From Candidatus Parcubacteria bacterium (GTDB taxonomy: Bacteria > Patescibacteriota > Minisyncoccia > UBA6257 > 2-01-FULL-56-20), in the NCBI GenBank assembly GCA_003599135.1, contig QZIV01000011.1:1-46236 (forward strand): a stretch of 46,236 nucleotides of DNA, read 5' to 3'. The notes below the pieces were generated by a model that was not told where the DNA came from, searched no databases, and worked only from the letters and a program-made list of their open reading frames with translations. Below, one piece after another: positions 43,864 through 46,236 of the stretch. The position numbers were made by a program, and so were the translations under genes. The stretch's first letter is position 1; every line of letters starts with the position of its first letter.

Positions 43864-44027
43864 AGTCCAAAGTCCAAAGGCTAAGGTCCAAGGTTGCGGG
43901 CCGTGCCCGTGAAGAGGAGGAAAAGCCGTGAAAATGAATCCGTGGTCAAAAATCTTCGTGTTTTTCTGTCTTGGTCTTTTCGTTTTGGTCTCCCTGACCT
44001 TGGACCTTAGACGTTGGACCTTGGACC
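43864..44027. repeat. Inverted pair of heptamer (GGTCCAA) arrays flanking the fibre RBS and start
   Basis: AGTCCAAAGTCCAAAGGCTAAGGTCCAAGG (43864-43893) versus CCTTGGACCTTAGACGTTGGACCTTGGACC (43998-44027): 26/30 reverse-complementary. Confidence 0.85.
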
Positions 44028-46236
44028 AAATTTCCGCATGGGCTTTGGGCTACAGCCCTATCACCGCCGTGGCCGTTGGCGAAGGTGACGTGGTCATATG
44101 GGACTCTTCGACTGCCTATCAGGTGACCACGACCACCACGCAAGGCAGTCAGCTTGTGGCCGGCGTGTGCGATGAGGCGGCCTCACTCGGGCAGCCCGCG
44201 CCAATCACTTCCAGCGGCCCATGCGTCAAAGTGGCGGTTACGGGCAGCGTCTCGATCGGCGATTACCTGATTACGAGTACGACGGCGGGCAAGGCGGTTG
44301 CGTCGGCCACGCTCGTTAACGGAGTATTTGGCCGGGCGATCACTGAGGATGGTACGCCGTCAGCCGGCTTCTGCTATGCGGACGTTGATGTCGGATTACA
44401 GGACGGTGCGGGTACTCCCAGCGCCGGAACAATTACAGAATCGATGCTCGATATCACGAACGCGGCTGTAGACGAATATACGCTCACCTACGAAACAACC
44501 GACGATGATCTTGAATGGCACGCGCCTTCCGAATGGATAAGCGTGGATGATCCTCTTGTGTGGCGCGGCGGGTTTCTCCTCGATATTCTGGCCGATGGGA
44601 TCAATGACCTCCATATCGATTGGGGGACCGACGCGGACCAGGTTAGCCAGGATGATGTTGTCGACGGCACGTCTTACGAGCGCGTGGCGGCAAATCAGCT
44701 TTCCAGCGGCATCTATATTGACGCCACGACCGCGGTTAAAGGTATTGCCTCGTTTGTGAGCTCATTTTTCTCCGTCTCTTCCGGTGCGGTATCCATTGCG
44801 AATGATGCAATCACCGAAGCACTCCTGAAGGCCGTCAATGCCGCTTCGGATGAATACTGCTTTACCTATGAGAGCACGACGGGTGACTTTGAATGGGAAG
44901 CGCCTTCCGACCTGTTCACCGCAGGCGCGTCACTCGATTGGGCTGGCGGGTTCGTTCTCGAAGTTGCGGCGGACGGCGTGAACGACCTGCATGTTGATTG
45001 GGGGACCGGAACGAATCAGGTATCAGCGGCGGACGTGCCTTTTGCTGACGGCGACAGCAACTATACGGCTACCACGGTTGAGGCTGCATTTGCCGAACTC
45101 GATGACACAAACCCGTCAGGCGTGAATGCCGCAGACGCAAAGGTTGACTGGACTCAATTGGGTTCTGTCCCCGCCGGATTCGCTGACGGTACGGATGATA
45201 CAGGGGGCGGCGGCGATATTACAGACGTGTTTGATTGTGCCACCGGCGATTGCGCATCTATCGCCATGACGGACGGTGATCTTCTCAATGCCTCTGCCGT
45301 CAATGGTTCGAGCACGACTGAAGGCATTATCATTCCGCAGTCTACCGACTGTTCGGCGGCAACGGCTGAAGGTCAGCTTTGCTGGGATACCGACAACACC
45401 ACGCTCTATATCGGCAACGACGGCGGTACGTCTCAGATAGGCGCGGCTGGCGGCGCTGGCGATATCTCAGACGTTTACAACTGTGCATCGGGTGACTGTG
45501 CGGCTATAGCCATGGCCGACGGGGACCTGCTGAATGGTTCGGCTGTCAACTGCTCAGGTACGGGCGAGGGCATCATATTGCCGCAGGCGGCTGATTGCGC
45601 CGCTGCTACCGCAGAGGGTCAGATATGCTGGGACACTGACGATCGGCTGTATGTGGGAACAGGCGCGGCTACGGTGGGGATGCTGAAAGCGACGGATACG
45701 GGCGGGGCAATCGACTTCGGCGGCTCTACCAGTTTAGAGATTCCCAATGGCACAGATCCACAGCCTAATGCTACCGGCGAAATAGCACTTGATACCGACC
45801 TTGCGGATTGGTCAATCGACCGGGCGCTTATCGTCTATGCCCTTGACGCCACAAATCAAATGTACGCTATCGCCGTTCATGAGGATGAATTTGCAAGCCT
45901 GGCCGATGACTTCATAGTCAAATACGATGCCGCAACGGATGAATTTAAACTGGAGGAAGATACGGGCGGAAGTGGCGGATTTGTAGATCGAGGCGATCCA
46001 GCGGCCAATGATTACACACAAGCCACATTGACGAGTGACAGCACATATCATGACCTTGATTTGAGCGCAATCGTGCCAGCAGGTGCAACCGGGGTGCTTC
46101 TCAAAATCATGATCAAAGATGCTACCGTAGGGGCGGCTTTCACAGTTAGAAAGAATGGCAACACCAACGCGTACGCAACCTCATCAGTTCGCACACAGGT
46201 TGCAAATGTTTATGTTGAAGGCTGCGTAACAATCCC
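43934..46236 (+). CDS. Approximately 795-aa fibre protein with signal peptide, cement-like N-domain and internal repeats (continues to 184; missing from ORF track)
   Basis: GAGGAGG RBS, GTG 43928 or ATG 43934; my manual translation is open to the window end and through the junction to TAA 184; acidic, Gly/Thr/Ala-rich; two pairs of internal repeats. Confidence 0.85.
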   Translation, partial: MNPWSKIFVFFCLGLFVLVSLTLDLRRWTLDQISAWALGYSPITAVAVGEGDVVIWDSSTAYQVTTTTTQGSQLVAGVCDEAASLGQPAPITSSGPCVKVAVTGSVSIGDYLITSTTAGKAVASATLVNGVFGRAITEDGTPSAGFCYADVDVGLQDGAGTPSAGTITESMLDITNAAVDEYTLTYETTDDDLEWHAPSEWISVDDPLVWRGGFLLDILADGINDLHIDWGTDADQVSQDDVVDGTSYERVAANQLSSGIYIDATTAVKGIASFVSSFFSVSSGAVSIANDAITEALLKAVNAASDEYCFTYESTTGDFEWEAPSDLFTAGASLDWAGGFVLEVAADGVNDLHVDWGTGTNQVSAADVPFADGDSNYTATTVEAAFAELDDTNPSGVNAADAKVDWTQLGSVPAGFADGTDDTGGGGDITDVFDCATGDCASIAMTDGDLLNASAVNGSSTTEGIIIPQSTDCSAATAEGQLCWDTDNTTLYIGNDGGTSQIGAAGGAGDISDVYNCASGDCAAIAMADGDLLNGSAVNCSGTGEGIILPQAADCAAATAEGQICWDTDDRLYVGTGAATVGMLKATDTGGAIDFGGSTSLEIPNGTDPQPNATGEIALDTDLADWSIDRALIVYALDATNQMYAIAVHEDEFASLADDFIVKYDAATDEFKLEEDTGGSGGFVDRGDPAANDYTQATLTSDSTYHDLDLSAIVPAGATGVLLKIMIKDATVGAAFTVRKNGNTNAYATSSVRTQVANVYVEGCVTI
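46138..46236. repeat. Terminal overlap identical to 1-99
   Basis: Exact 99-bp duplication of the window start. Confidence 0.97.

Noticed and set aside
45900-46236. Diversity-generating retroelement target at the fibre C-terminus
   Set aside because: No reverse transcriptase gene and no second, adenine-variant copy of the region seen.
1-46236. Stop-codon reassignment (alternative genetic code)
   Set aside because: Core genes are full length in the standard code and TAA, TAG and TGA all end genes at sensible boundaries.

Overview
This window is a complete, circularly assembled genome of a tailed dsDNA bacteriophage. Positions 1-99 equal 46138-46236, so the unique length is 46,137 bp. It has an HK97-type head and a non-contractile tail (siphovirus-like), and all confidently called protein genes but one are on the + strand. 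Gene order: end of a fibre gene wrapping the junction; a minus-strand secreted SGNH-like gene; lysis genes (M15 endolysin, membrane proteins); a self-contained ibrA/ibrB-like cassette (PAPS-reductase-like plus ParB-like); a roughly 600-bp control region; early genes (SNF2 helicase-methyltransferase fusion, annealing protein plus Cas4-like nuclease, lambda O-like initiator with iterons, DnaB-like helicase, CHC2 Zn-finger protein, an overprinted two-frame C5 methyltransferase, many small Cys-rich ORFs, DUF5131, RuvC-like resolvase); packaging genes; and head and tail genes with a -1 frameshifted tail chaperone. I see no integrase, CI-type repressor, tRNA, CRISPR array or reverse transcriptase. 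Main unusual signals: (1) a 28-bp dif-like (XerCD) site between the early promoter and the early operon, beside a convergent antisense promoter whose short RNA is complementary to an 18-mer present twice in the early leader, a candidate integrase-free and repressor-free lifestyle switch; (2) three late-operon RNA elements sharing a terminator versus alternative-hairpin architecture, two with covarying flanking stems; (3) structural-module proteins, including an approximately 795-aa fibre missing from the ORF track, with Sec-type signal peptides, two exported proteins carrying in-frame micro-repeat insertions in the signal peptide. All calls are motif recognition by eye; no database searches were run.
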